Of a stretch of DNA of 64,000 bases, positions 1 through 9,103 are shown piece by piece. The translations under genes were made by a program, and so were the position numbers. Source of the DNA: Rhizobium sp. Q54 (GTDB lineage Bacteria; Pseudomonadota; Alphaproteobacteria; UBA2966; CAIVPW01); NCBI GenBank assembly GCA_945904955.1, contig CAMDPO010000007.1, positions 11,839 through 75,838 of the forward strand, in the 5' to 3' direction. Under the pieces are notes generated by a model that did not search any database, was not told where the DNA came from, and saw only the letters and a program-made list of their open reading frames with translations. Each line of letters starts with the position of its first letter. The stretch's first letter is position 1.

Positions 1-1
1 C

Positions 2-1615
2 AACGCACCCACCGGCATGGAAGCGCGTGCCGCCTTCGACGCGTGCGAGCAGGCGCGCGTCGAAGCGTTGGGGAGCCGCCGCCTGGCCGGCCTCGCGCTG
101 AACATCGATCAATGGGCGGCGCGCGAGATCGCCGCGGGCGGCTACGAGCGCATCGAGTCGCGCGAGCAGGCGCCCTTAGCGCTCGGCCTGCGCATGGTGC
201 TGCGCGAGCAGCTCACCGGCCGCACCCTGCCGCCCACTGCGCGCCACATCGCCAACCTGTGGCGCGGCTACATCGAGGGGCGCGCCGGTGCGGCGCTCAC
301 TGCCCTCGGCCGCGTCCTGCACGACCAACAAGAATTCGGCACGGCGGTGCACAAGGTGCTCGCCGATCTGGGCCTCGAAGAGGAGAAGCGCTCGACGCCG
401 CGCGAGGACGACGAGCGCGACAAAAAAGACGACTCCGACAAGGAGGAGGGCAGCGACGACGCCGGCCGCCAGGGCGAGTCGTCTGGCGAGCCGACGGTAT
501 TCACGTCGGGCGCCGATGCGGCCGCCGGCGAGGTCGAATCGGGGTCACCGACCGAATCCGCCACCGACATGCCCGGCTTCGGCGCGGAGCAGCCAGGCGG
601 CGCCCACCAGCCGCCGTGGCTCGGCCCCGCGCCGTTGGGCCACAACGAGCCGGCGTATCGTGCCTACAGCGAGGAGTTCGACGAGACGGTCGACGCCAGC
701 GAGCTCGCCGATGCGGACGAGCTCGCGCGCCTGCGCGCCAACCTCGACCAGCAGCTGCAGCAGTTCCAGAACATCATCGGCCGTCTTGCCAATCGGCTGC
801 AGCGCCTGTTGCTGGCGAAGCAGATTCGCTCGTGGGCCTTCGACCTCGACGAGGGCGTGATCGACTCGGCGCGCCTTGCCCGCATCGTCGCCAATCCGGA
901 CAACCCGCTCTCCTACAAGCAGGAGAAGGAGACCGACTTCCGCGACACGGTGGTGAGCCTGCTGATCGACAACTCCGGCTCCATGCGCGGCCGTCCCATC
1001 ACGGTGGCGGCGATGTGCGCCGACATTCTCGGCCGCACGCTGGAACGCTGTGGCGTCAAAACCGAAATCCTCGGCTTCACGACGCGCGCCTGGAAGGGCG
1101 GGCACTCGCGCGACCGCTGGGTCGCGGCGGGCAAGCCCGCCAATCCGGGACGCCTGAACGACCTGCGCCATGTCATCTACAAGAGCGGCGACGAGCCGCT
1201 GCGGCGTGCGCGGCGCAAGCTCGGCCTGATGCTCAAGGAAGGGCTGCTCAAGGAGAACATCGATGGCGAGGCACTGCTGTGGGCGCACCAGCGCCTGCTG
1301 CTGCGCCCCGAGGAACGTCGTATCCTCATGGTGATCTCCGACGGCGCGCCCGTGGACGACTCGACGCTGTCGGCCAACGCCGGCCACTACCTCGACCACC
1401 ACCTGCGCCAGGTCATCCATTCGATCGAAACGCGCTCGCCGGTCGAGCTCGTCGCCATTGGCATCGGCCACGACGTGACGCGCTACTACCGCCGCGCCGT
1501 CACCATCGTCGATACCGAGCAACTGGGCGGCGCCATGATGGATCAGCTCGCCGAGCTGTTCGACGAGAAGCCGGCCGCCAAAGGGCGCGGCCGCGGCCGC
1601 GGCCGTCTGCACTAG
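2..1615 (+). CDS. cobT: Cobaltochelatase subunit CobT (probably 5'-truncated by the window edge)
   Basis: Acidic linker followed by a vWA domain ([42 protein letters not shown]) typical of CobT; the frame is open to the window start. Confidence 0.93.
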   Translation, partial: NAPTGMEARAAFDACEQARVEALGSRRLAGLALNIDQWAAREIAAGGYERIESREQAPLALGLRMVLREQLTGRTLPPTARHIANLWRGYIEGRAGAALTALGRVLHDQQEFGTAVHKVLADLGLEEEKRSTPREDDERDKKDDSDKEEGSDDAGRQGESSGEPTVFTSGADAAAGEVESGSPTESATDMPGFGAEQPGGAHQPPWLGPAPLGHNEPAYRAYSEEFDETVDASELADADELARLRANLDQQLQQFQNIIGRLANRLQRLLLAKQIRSWAFDLDEGVIDSARLARIVANPDNPLSYKQEKETDFRDTVVSLLIDNSGSMRGRPITVAAMCADILGRTLERCGVKTEILGFTTRAWKGGHSRDRWVAAGKPANPGRLNDLRHVIYKSGDEPLRRARRKLGLMLKEGLLKENIDGEALLWAHQRLLLRPEERRILMVISDGAPVDDSTLSANAGHYLDHHLRQVIHSIETRSPVELVAIGIGHDVTRYYRRAVTIVDTEQLGGAMMDQLAELFDEKPAAKGRGRGRGRLH

Positions 1616-2584
1616 GTGTCGCGCTTCCCATTCGTTGTCGCGTTGATCGCAGCGACGGTGACGGCAGATGCCGGCGCCGCCGAGGTGAACGTCGTCGCTA
1701 CACCGATCACCCTCGAGTTCGCCGATTCGCCGCGCACCACGGTGGGCGCGCTGGAGTTCCGCGGTGGCTTACGCCTCGCCACCACCAGCGCCGCCTTCGG
1801 TGGATTGTCGGGCCTGCGGGTCAGCGCCGATGGTGCGCGCGTGTTGGCCGTCAGCGATCGAGCCGGCTGGTTGCGCGCCGAGTTGCGCTACGACGCGCGC
1901 GGCTTCCTCACCGGCCTGGAGCGCGCGGATCTAACGCCGATGCTCGACGCCGATGGCCGCGCATTGGTGCCGCCGCGCTCGGACGCTGAGTCCCTGGTGC
2001 GAACGCCAACCGCCGTCTTCGTGGCCTTCGAGCGCCAGCCCCGCGTGCTGCGCTTCGACGCCGATGCCAACGGACCCGCGGCCGGCGCACGCGGGCGGCC
2101 AGAAGCGATGCCCGCCGAGATCGCCGGTGTGCCGATGAACGAAGGACTCGAGACGATGACAGCCCTCGCCGACGGCCGGCTGTTCGTCATCAGCGAGGGC
2201 GCCTTCGACGGCGACGCCGTGCGCGGCTGGATTCTTGCCGGCGGCGGACGTCCGGCAGAGGCCCTGCACTACGTCCCGGCGGCCGGGTTCAATCCGACCG
2301 ACGCGGCGACCCTTCCCAACGGCGACGTGCTGGTGCTGGAGCGGCGCTTCACGGTGTTCGACCGCGGCTCCCGCATCGTGCGCGTGACAGCGGCCGACAT
2401 CAAAGAAGGGGCGCGCCTAGTCGGCACGGAAGTGGCGCGGCTGCTGCCACCGATGCAGGTCGACAACTTCGAAGGCATCGACGCGATCGCCGACCCCCAG
2501 GGGGGCACGCGCATCTTCCTCGTATCCGACGACAACTTCAGCGCGTTCCAGCGCACGCTGCTGCTGCAGTTCTGGATGCCCTGA
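1616..2584 (+). CDS. Esterase-like activity of phytase family secreted protein
   Basis: Signal peptide; FGGLSGL, DAESL, NEGLE, DNFEG and LVSDDNFS motifs; usual neighbour of cobT. Confidence 0.8.
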   Translation: MSRFPFVVALIAATVTADAGAAEVNVVATPITLEFADSPRTTVGALEFRGGLRLATTSAAFGGLSGLRVSADGARVLAVSDRAGWLRAELRYDARGFLTGLERADLTPMLDADGRALVPPRSDAESLVRTPTAVFVAFERQPRVLRFDADANGPAAGARGRPEAMPAEIAGVPMNEGLETMTALADGRLFVISEGAFDGDAVRGWILAGGGRPAEALHYVPAAGFNPTDAATLPNGDVLVLERRFTVFDRGSRIVRVTAADIKEGARLVGTEVARLLPPMQVDNFEGIDAIADPQGGTRIFLVSDDNFSAFQRTLLLQFWMP

Positions 2585-2605
2585 CGTCTGTATGCCCAGA
2601 ACGAC

Positions 2606-2631
2606 AAAAACGCCGGCGGTGACGCCGGCGC
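2606..2631 (-). terminator. Intrinsic terminator downstream of rpmB
   Basis: CGCCGGCG-GTGA-CGCCGGCG hairpin preceded on + by an A-tract (T-tract on -). Confidence 0.55.
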
Positions 2632-2656
2632 TTGGGTTGCCTCAGGTCACTGAGGA

Positions 2657-2944
2657 CTAGGCCGTCGCGGTGCGGCCCTCGATGAGGCGCTTCAGGCGGC
2701 GAGCGCGCTGGGAGAGCTTGTCGTCCTTCTGCTTCAGCAAGAACGCGTCGAGGCCACCCTGCTTCTCGACCGAGCGCAGCGCGGCGGTCGTGAGACGCAG
2801 GCGGATGGTGCGGCCGAGCGAGTCGCTCAACAGCGACGTCTCTTGCAGGTTGGGCAGGAAGCGACGCTTGGTCTTGTTGTTCGCGTGGCTGACGTTCCGC
2901 CCCACCATCGGCTTGGTGCCGGTGAGCTCGCACTGTCTGGACAT
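2657..2944 (-). CDS. rpmB: 50S ribosomal protein L28
   Basis: [29 protein letters not shown] signature; start ATG at 2944. Confidence 0.97.
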   Translation of the reverse strand: MSRQCELTGTKPMVGRNVSHANNKTKRRFLPNLQETSLLSDSLGRTIRLRLTTAALRSVEKQGGLDAFLLKQKDDKLSQRARRLKRLIEGRTATA

Positions 2945-3062
2945 CGGAATTCCTGGTCTGGCCGGCCCCAGGGACAACCAAGGGGCGGCGAAGGCGGTCT
3001 TGTAGGGGGTGGGCGGCGGGGCCGTCAAGCCTTGGCGGCGGCCGTTCTCGAGCTTGACGACC

Positions 3063-3581
3063 CTACTTGGGCGCCATGCGCTCGGCAATCGCTCGCACCC
3101 GATCCTTCAGGCCGGGGTCGAGGCGCTCGTAAATCTGGTGGCCGTGGGCCCAATGCCGCATCGCTTCGGTGATCAAGGCTTTGCGTTGGGGCGACAGCAG
3201 CGCAACCGGGGCCGGGGCCCGGGCCGGAGCCGCGGCCGGGGCGGCCGCGCGGGGTGCCGGCGGCACCGTAACGCCGATCGAGGCGAGGATCTGGCGCGCC
3301 GAAGCGGCGGCTTGTTCCCGGCGGACAGCCTCGGCAGCCGCCTTGGCGGCGGCAGCCTGGGCGGCCAGAAGGGGTGCCACGGGCCGGTTGGAGGGCTTGG
3401 CAGGGCGCAGAGCCGCGGGCACAACCGGAGCTGAGGTGACCGGACTCGCGGCGACCGCGGGCGCCACTGTCACGGGCGGCTCCTCGGCCCCCGGAACCGA
3501 CACGGGCGCAGCCACGGGCGCAGCCCCCTCCGGGACCGGCGGGTGACGCAGCAGATCGGAAATGCGCTTCATCCACGACAT
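3063..3581 (-). CDS. Hypothetical Pro/Ala-rich protein
   Basis: ORF fills the gap between rpmB and the alkD-like gene; low-complexity body with a helical C-terminus. Confidence 0.5.
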   Translation of the reverse strand: MSWMKRISDLLRHPPVPEGAAPVAAPVSVPGAEEPPVTVAPAVAASPVTSAPVVPAALRPAKPSNRPVAPLLAAQAAAAKAAAEAVRREQAAASARQILASIGVTVPPAPRAAAPAAAPARAPAPVALLSPQRKALITEAMRHWAHGHQIYERLDPGLKDRVRAIAERMAPK

Positions 3582-3607
3582 GGGCGACAACTCTACAATG
3601 ACCCCCA

Positions 3608-4366
3608 ATGGTTAACAAAGTGGCGCACAAGCCGCCCAAAGCAACCAAGCCAAGGAAATCGTTCACGAAAGACGAGGTCCTGGCGCGCATGGCGGCCCAC
3701 GCCGACCCAGTCGCCGTCGCGGGCAAAGCGCGCTACGGCATCGTCGTGGCCCAAGCGTTCGGCGTCTCGCTGCCCTTCGTGCGTGGGCTCGCCAAGGAGA
3801 TCGGCACCGACCACGCCCTGGCCAAGAGCCTTTGGGCGACCGCCATTCCCGAGTGCCGCCTGCTGGCGCCCATGATCGCCGACCCGGGGCAGACGGACGA
3901 CCGCCTGCTCGAAGGTTGGGTCGCCGACCTCAACTCGTGGGACGTGTGCGATGGCTTTTGCGCCAGCCTTGTCCATAAGTTGCCCGTTGCTTGGGACAAG
4001 GCAGTGACATGGAGCAAGCGCGACGAGGAGTTCGTGCGGCGTGCCGGCTACGCCCTGATGGCCACGCTGGCGGTACACGCCAAGGACGCGCCCGACACGG
4101 CGTTCCGCCCATTCCTGAAGCGCATCGAGGCCGGCGCCGGCGACGCGCGCAACTTCGTCAAGAAGGCGGTCAACTGGGCGCTTCGCCAGATCGGCAAGCG
4201 CAACGCGGCCCTGCGCGCCGAAGCCGTGGCGGCGGCACAGCGCATCCTGGCGCAGGACACGCCGCCGGCGCGCTGGATCGCCCGCGACGCCCTCAAGGAG
4301 CTGGAAGACCCGGTGCAGATGGCCCGCATCCAGGCCAAGAAGTCGGTCCAAAATAGGGGTGTGTAG
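3608..4366 (+). CDS. DNA alkylation repair protein (AlkD-like HEAT-repeat glycosylase family)
   Basis: SWDVCD, WSKRDEEFVRRAG and DARNFVKKAVNWALRQIGKRN motifs. Confidence 0.88.
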   Translation: MVNKVAHKPPKATKPRKSFTKDEVLARMAAHADPVAVAGKARYGIVVAQAFGVSLPFVRGLAKEIGTDHALAKSLWATAIPECRLLAPMIADPGQTDDRLLEGWVADLNSWDVCDGFCASLVHKLPVAWDKAVTWSKRDEEFVRRAGYALMATLAVHAKDAPDTAFRPFLKRIEAGAGDARNFVKKAVNWALRQIGKRNAALRAEAVAAAQRILAQDTPPARWIARDALKELEDPVQMARIQAKKSVQNRGV

Positions 4367-4456
4367 GCTCGTATTGGCCTTGCAGTCGGTCGCACCCTGC
4401 CTATGTATCGAGAGTTGGGTTGTTTGTTGGCCCAACGGCAACCTGGAAGCCCTTCG

Positions 4457-4795
4457 ATGGAAAACCGCACCGAACGCGACGAGAGCGTGTGGCTCCGCCT
4501 CGTGTTCATGATTCTGTTCGCGATCGCCTTCAACATCTCCGAGTTCGTTCTCTTCGTGGTCGCGTGCGTGCAATTCCTCGTCAAGGCGTTCACCGGTCGT
4601 GTGCTGGCCGCTGGTACCGACTTCGGCCAGAACCTGGCGACGTACATTTACGAGATCATTCGTTTCCTGACGTTCCGCACCAACGACATGCCGTGGCCGT
4701 TCGCGCCGTGGCCGGATGGGGCGCCGGATGATGCCCGCGCACGTACCACCACCACCCGCACCGCTGGCCCCGCGCCCGCGGACATGGTCGACTAG
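4457..4795 (+). CDS. DUF4389-like small membrane protein (copy 1)
   Basis: WLRLVFMILF...FGQNLATYIYEIIRFLTF..PWPF pattern. Confidence 0.8.
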   Translation: MENRTERDESVWLRLVFMILFAIAFNISEFVLFVVACVQFLVKAFTGRVLAAGTDFGQNLATYIYEIIRFLTFRTNDMPWPFAPWPDGAPDDARARTTTTRTAGPAPADMVD

Positions 4796-4819
4796 CGTTT
4801 CGCGCAGGGGAGGAACCCG

Positions 4820-5224
4820 ATGGACCCGCAAGCAGCGGCCGAGAACTTGAAGGATCGGAGCACCTGGCAACGCCTGGTGTTCATGGTGCTGTTCGCGCTG
4901 ATCATCAACGTCGTGAACACCATCCTGGTGGTGTTCATCGTCGTGCAGTTTCTCTTCCGCCTCGTCACCGGCAAACTGTTCGACAACGCGGCGCCGTTCG
5001 CCCAGAGCCTGGCGACCTACGTCTATGAGATCGTCCGCTTCCTGACGTTCCGCAGTGACGTGCTGCCGTGGCCGTTCGCGCCGTGGCCCGATGGCACGCC
5101 CATCGTCGGCGACGATCCGGCGCGGCCGACCTTCGAGTTCGGCCGCGGCGACAGCGCAACGCCGCCCCGCCAACGCCGCCGCGGCCCGCGGCCGTCCGGC
5201 GAGCAGCCCTCGACGACCCCCTAG
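4820..5224 (+). CDS. DUF4389-like small membrane protein (copy 2)
   Basis: WQRLVFMVLF...LATYVYEIVRFLTF..PWPFAPWP; GGAGG RBS upstream. Confidence 0.8.
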   Translation: MDPQAAAENLKDRSTWQRLVFMVLFALIINVVNTILVVFIVVQFLFRLVTGKLFDNAAPFAQSLATYVYEIVRFLTFRSDVLPWPFAPWPDGTPIVGDDPARPTFEFGRGDSATPPRQRRRGPRPSGEQPSTTP

Positions 5225-5283
5225 TCCGAATCTCTCAGCGCGCGCGGCTTGTCGGCCGCGCGCGCTGCTCTACCATCTAGGCC

Positions 5284-7788
5284 ATGGAAGCGCGTGCGCA
5301 GAGCGGCCGCCGCGTCGTCGCGGTGCTGGGTCCCACCAACACCGGCAAGACGCACCTGGCCGTCGAGCGCCTGGTCGGGCACGCCTCGGGCGTCATCGGC
5401 CTGCCGCTGCGCCTGCTCGCCCGCGAAATCTACGATCGCGTCGTGCGCCACAAAGGGGCAGCCGCCGTCGCGCTAGTGACGGGCGAAGAGAAGATCGTCC
5501 CGGCCCACGCCACCCATTTCGTCTGCACCGTCGAGTCGATGCCGACCGATCGCGAGTTCGACTTCCTCGCGGTGGATGAGATTCAGCTTGCCGCTGACGG
5601 GGAGCGCGGCCACGTCTTCACCGACCGCCTCCTGCACGCGCGCGGCCGCTTCGAGACGATGTTCTTGGGCGCCGAAACCATGCGCGCAATCGTGCGGCAG
5701 CTCGTGCCCCACGCCGAGTTCATCTCGCGGCCGCGCCTCTCGACCCTGAAGTACGGCGGCCATCGCAAGCTCGCGCGCCTGCCGCGGCGCAGCGCGGTCG
5801 TCGCGTTCTCGGCCGAAGACGTCTACGCCATCGCCGAGCTCGTGCGCCGCCAGCGCGGCGGCGCTGCCGTCGTGTTGGGCGCGTTGAGCCCGCGCACGCG
5901 CAACGCCCAGGTCGCCATGTTCGAGAGCGGCGAGGTCGATTTCCTGGTGGCGACCGACGCCATCGGCATGGGGCTCAACCTCAACGTCGATACCGTCGCC
6001 TTCGCGGCGACGCGCAAGTTCGACGGCTCCCACGAGCGCAATCTCGCACCCAGCGAGGTCGGCCAGATTGCCGGCCGCGCCGGCCGCCATCTCACCGACG
6101 GATCGTTCGGTACCACGGCGAAGGCGCCCGAGTTCGAGCCCGAGATGATCGAGCGCGTCGAGAACCACCGCTTCGATCCGGTGCGCACCATTTTCTGGCG
6201 CAACAGCGAGCTGAGCTTTGCCTCGCCGCGCGCGCTGATCGACAGCCTGGAAGAACCGCCGCCGCCGGAGTGGCGCAAGTTCGCCGTTCGCCCGCGCCGT
6301 GCCGTCGACCAGGCCGCGTTCGAGATTCTATCGGCGGCCCACGAGGTGCGCGGGCGAGCCGCCGTGCGCTTGCTGTGGGACGTGTGCCAGGTCCCCGACT
6401 ACCGCAAGACCATGGCGGATGCGCACAACCGCTTGCTGGCCCAGATCTACGAGCACCTGTCGGGGCCCGCGGGCCTGCTGCCGAACGATTGGCTTGCCGA
6501 CCACGTCGCGCGCCTCGATCGGATGGATGGCGACATCGATACCCTGGCGGCGCGCATCGCCCACATCCGCACGTGGACGTACGTTACTCACCGCACCGAC
6601 TGGCTGCAAGATGCGGCCCATTGGCAGGAACGTACGCGCGAAGTCGAAGACCGTTTGTCCGACGCGCTGCACGAGCGCCTGACTCAGCGCTTCGTCGATC
6701 GCCGCAGCGCGGCACTGACGCGCAAGCTCGGCGACCGCACCGACCTGCTCAGCGCCGTCGATGAGCGCGGCGTGGTGTCGGTTGAAGGGCACGCCATCGG
6801 CCGCCTCGACGGTTTCCGCTTCAAGGCCGACGTCGCCGATACCAGTGCCGAGGCGCGCCTTCTGCGCACGGCGGCGCAGCGCTCGCTGCGGCCGGAAATT
6901 CAGACGCGGGCCGCTCAACTCATCGCCGCGGCCGACACAGCGTTTATCCTCGAACCGACGGGAATCGTTCAGTGGCACGGTGCGGCGATCGCGCGCCTGC
7001 AAGCCGCCACCAGCGTGCTGGCACCGCGCCTCGAGCTGCTGCACGGCGACCTGCTCGAGGGCGGGCTGCGCACCGAGGTCGAGGCGCGCCTCGACCAGTG
7101 GCTGAACGCGCAACTCGACAAGGGTCTGGCGCCCCTGCATCGGCTGGGCGCGGACGGCCTCAGCGGTGCCGCGCGCGGCATCGCATTCCACCTGCAAGAG
7201 AGCCTTGGTTTCGTACCGCGCACGCGCATCACGGACCAGATCCACGTGCTCACCGGCGTGGAACGCAAGGCGTTGCGTTCGCGCGGCGTGCAGATCGGAG
7301 CGCACGCGGTGTTCCTCCCCGCGCTGCTCAAGGCGCGCGCCACCGCCCTGCGCACGCTGCTGTGGGCGGTACATCACCGCATCGAGCCGCTGCCGCCGGC
7401 CCTAGCAGATGGCCGCGTCTCGGTTGACGTCGATCGAACGCTGGCGCTCGGCTACTACGAGGCGGCCGGCTACACCGTGTTCGGCACGCGCGCCATTCGC
7501 GTCGACATGGTGGAGCGCCTCTCCGCCACCATGAGCTCGCGTGCGCGCAAAGGCCCGGTGCCCGTCACCGGCGAGCTGCAGGCGCTGGTCGGCTGCAGCA
7601 AGGAGGCGTTCGAGACGGTGCTGCTTGGCATCGGCTTCCGCCGCACCGAGACCGAGGGCGGACCGGCGTTCGTACCAGCGCCGGTGCGCCGGCAAGCGGC
7701 GCCCCGCCGCCCGGCCCAGCGCGTCGAGCATTCGCCGTTTGCCGCGCTGCAGTCCCTGTCGCCCCGCACCAAGACGCGGCGCGGATGA
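5284..7788 (+). CDS. SUV3-like superfamily II helicase (MgpS family)
   Basis: GPTNTGKT Walker A, VDEIQ, ATDAIGMGLN and QIAGRAGR motifs. Confidence 0.92.
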   Translation: MEARAQSGRRVVAVLGPTNTGKTHLAVERLVGHASGVIGLPLRLLAREIYDRVVRHKGAAAVALVTGEEKIVPAHATHFVCTVESMPTDREFDFLAVDEIQLAADGERGHVFTDRLLHARGRFETMFLGAETMRAIVRQLVPHAEFISRPRLSTLKYGGHRKLARLPRRSAVVAFSAEDVYAIAELVRRQRGGAAVVLGALSPRTRNAQVAMFESGEVDFLVATDAIGMGLNLNVDTVAFAATRKFDGSHERNLAPSEVGQIAGRAGRHLTDGSFGTTAKAPEFEPEMIERVENHRFDPVRTIFWRNSELSFASPRALIDSLEEPPPPEWRKFAVRPRRAVDQAAFEILSAAHEVRGRAAVRLLWDVCQVPDYRKTMADAHNRLLAQIYEHLSGPAGLLPNDWLADHVARLDRMDGDIDTLAARIAHIRTWTYVTHRTDWLQDAAHWQERTREVEDRLSDALHERLTQRFVDRRSAALTRKLGDRTDLLSAVDERGVVSVEGHAIGRLDGFRFKADVADTSAEARLLRTAAQRSLRPEIQTRAAQLIAAADTAFILEPTGIVQWHGAAIARLQAATSVLAPRLELLHGDLLEGGLRTEVEARLDQWLNAQLDKGLAPLHRLGADGLSGAARGIAFHLQESLGFVPRTRITDQIHVLTGVERKALRSRGVQIGAHAVFLPALLKARATALRTLLWAVHHRIEPLPPALADGRVSVDVDRTLALGYYEAAGYTVFGTRAIRVDMVERLSATMSSRARKGPVPVTGELQALVGCSKEAFETVLLGIGFRRTETEGGPAFVPAPVRRQAAPRRPAQRVEHSPFAALQSLSPRTKTRRG

Positions 7789-8174
7789 GCGAAGCGCTGC
7801 GCGTCGACCGCTGGCTGTGGTTCGCCCGCTTCTACAGGAGCCGCACCTTGGCAGCGGAGGCGTGCGCCTCCCATCGCGTGCGCATCAATGGCGCACCGGT
7901 GGCAAAGCCGGGCCACGGGATTCGTATCGGCGACGTGCTGACATTCCCGCTCGGACCGCACATCCGTGTCATCAAGGTGGCGGCGCTGGCGGCGCGGCGC
8001 GGTCCGTTCGCCGAGGCACGCCTGCTCTACGAAGACCTCTCGCCTCCCGTTGCGGTGACCGCGCCGCCGCCGACCAGTGGTTTGCGCGACAAGGGCGAAG
8101 GTCGTCCGACCAAGGCCGAGCGTCGCGCCATCGATCGGCTGCAGTCGGAAGATCACGAGGAATCAGGAAGCTAG
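7785..8174 (+). CDS. S4 domain RNA-binding protein (Hsp15 family)
   Basis: RVDRWLWFARFYRSR...GRPTKAERR; ATGA overlap with the helicase stop. Confidence 0.9.
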   Translation: MSEALRVDRWLWFARFYRSRTLAAEACASHRVRINGAPVAKPGHGIRIGDVLTFPLGPHIRVIKVAALAARRGPFAEARLLYEDLSPPVAVTAPPPTSGLRDKGEGRPTKAERRAIDRLQSEDHEESGS

Positions 8175-8221
8175 CAATGGTGGGTGGTGCCTCGGCGCGC
8201 GCCATGGTAGGCCCGGCATCC

Positions 8222-8701
8222 ATGCTCGACCGCATCCGCACTCTGTTCGCTCGCGTCGCCGCGCCGCAAGGCGCGAAAGGCGCAAACCCGCTCGGGGATC
8301 GCAACCTCGCCGCTGCGGCGCTCCTGGTCGAGGCGGCCCTGCTCGACGGCACCTTCGCCGACAAGGAACGCGCCGCGATTCAGGCGATCCTGATGCGCAA
8401 CTTCGGCCTCGCCGTCGAAGAAGCCACCGAGCTGGTCGCGCAAGCGGAGAAGGCCCAGTCTCAGGCGAACCACCTGGTGCACTTCACGCGCACCCTGAAA
8501 GACGCCTATGGCCCTGACGAGCGTACGGCCATTCTCGAGATGCTGTGGGAGGTTGCCTACGCGGACGGCGTCCTTCATCACTACGAGGCGAATCTATTGC
8601 GCCGGATCAGCGGTCTTCTCTATGTTTCCGACCGCGAAGCGGGGGCCGCGCGCAAGCGTGTGCAGGCGCGCCTCGGCATCGAAGATCTCCCACCCGCGTA
8701 G
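8222..8701 (+). CDS. TerB-family protein
   Basis: AAALLVEAA.LDG...LEMLWEVAYADG.LHHYEANLLRRI pattern; start could also be 8177 or 8204. Confidence 0.82.
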   Translation: MLDRIRTLFARVAAPQGAKGANPLGDRNLAAAALLVEAALLDGTFADKERAAIQAILMRNFGLAVEEATELVAQAEKAQSQANHLVHFTRTLKDAYGPDERTAILEMLWEVAYADGVLHHYEANLLRRISGLLYVSDREAGAARKRVQARLGIEDLPPA

Positions 8702-8737
8702 GACCACGCGGCACTCGAACATAGGAATGCGCGGCGG

Positions 8738-9079
8738 ATGACGTACGTCGTCAACGAGAACTGCATCAAGTGCAAGTACACCGACTGCGTCGAGGTGTGC
8801 CCCGTCGACTGCTTCTATGAAGGCGAGAACATGCTCGTCATTCATCCTGACGAGTGCATCGACTGCGGCGTGTGCGAGCCGGAGTGCCCGGTCGGGGCGA
8901 TCTTGCCCGACACCAAGGGTCAGGACGTCAGCTCGCTCATCGAGCTGAACCGCAAGTTTGCCCAGGCGTGGCCCAACATCACGCGCCGCAAGGACGCGCC
9001 GGCCGACGCCGACAAGTTCAAGGACGAGAAGGGCAAGCTGGAGAAGTACTTCAGCGACAAGCCCGGCTCGGGCGACTAG
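8738..9079 (+). CDS. fdxA: 7Fe ferredoxin FdxA
   Basis: [26 protein letters not shown]...[12 protein letters not shown]. Confidence 0.96.
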   Translation: MTYVVNENCIKCKYTDCVEVCPVDCFYEGENMLVIHPDECIDCGVCEPECPVGAILPDTKGQDVSSLIELNRKFAQAWPNITRRKDAPADADKFKDEKGKLEKYFSDKPGSGD

Positions 9080-9103
9080 GCCGTCGCGCCGACGGCGCGC
9101 AAC

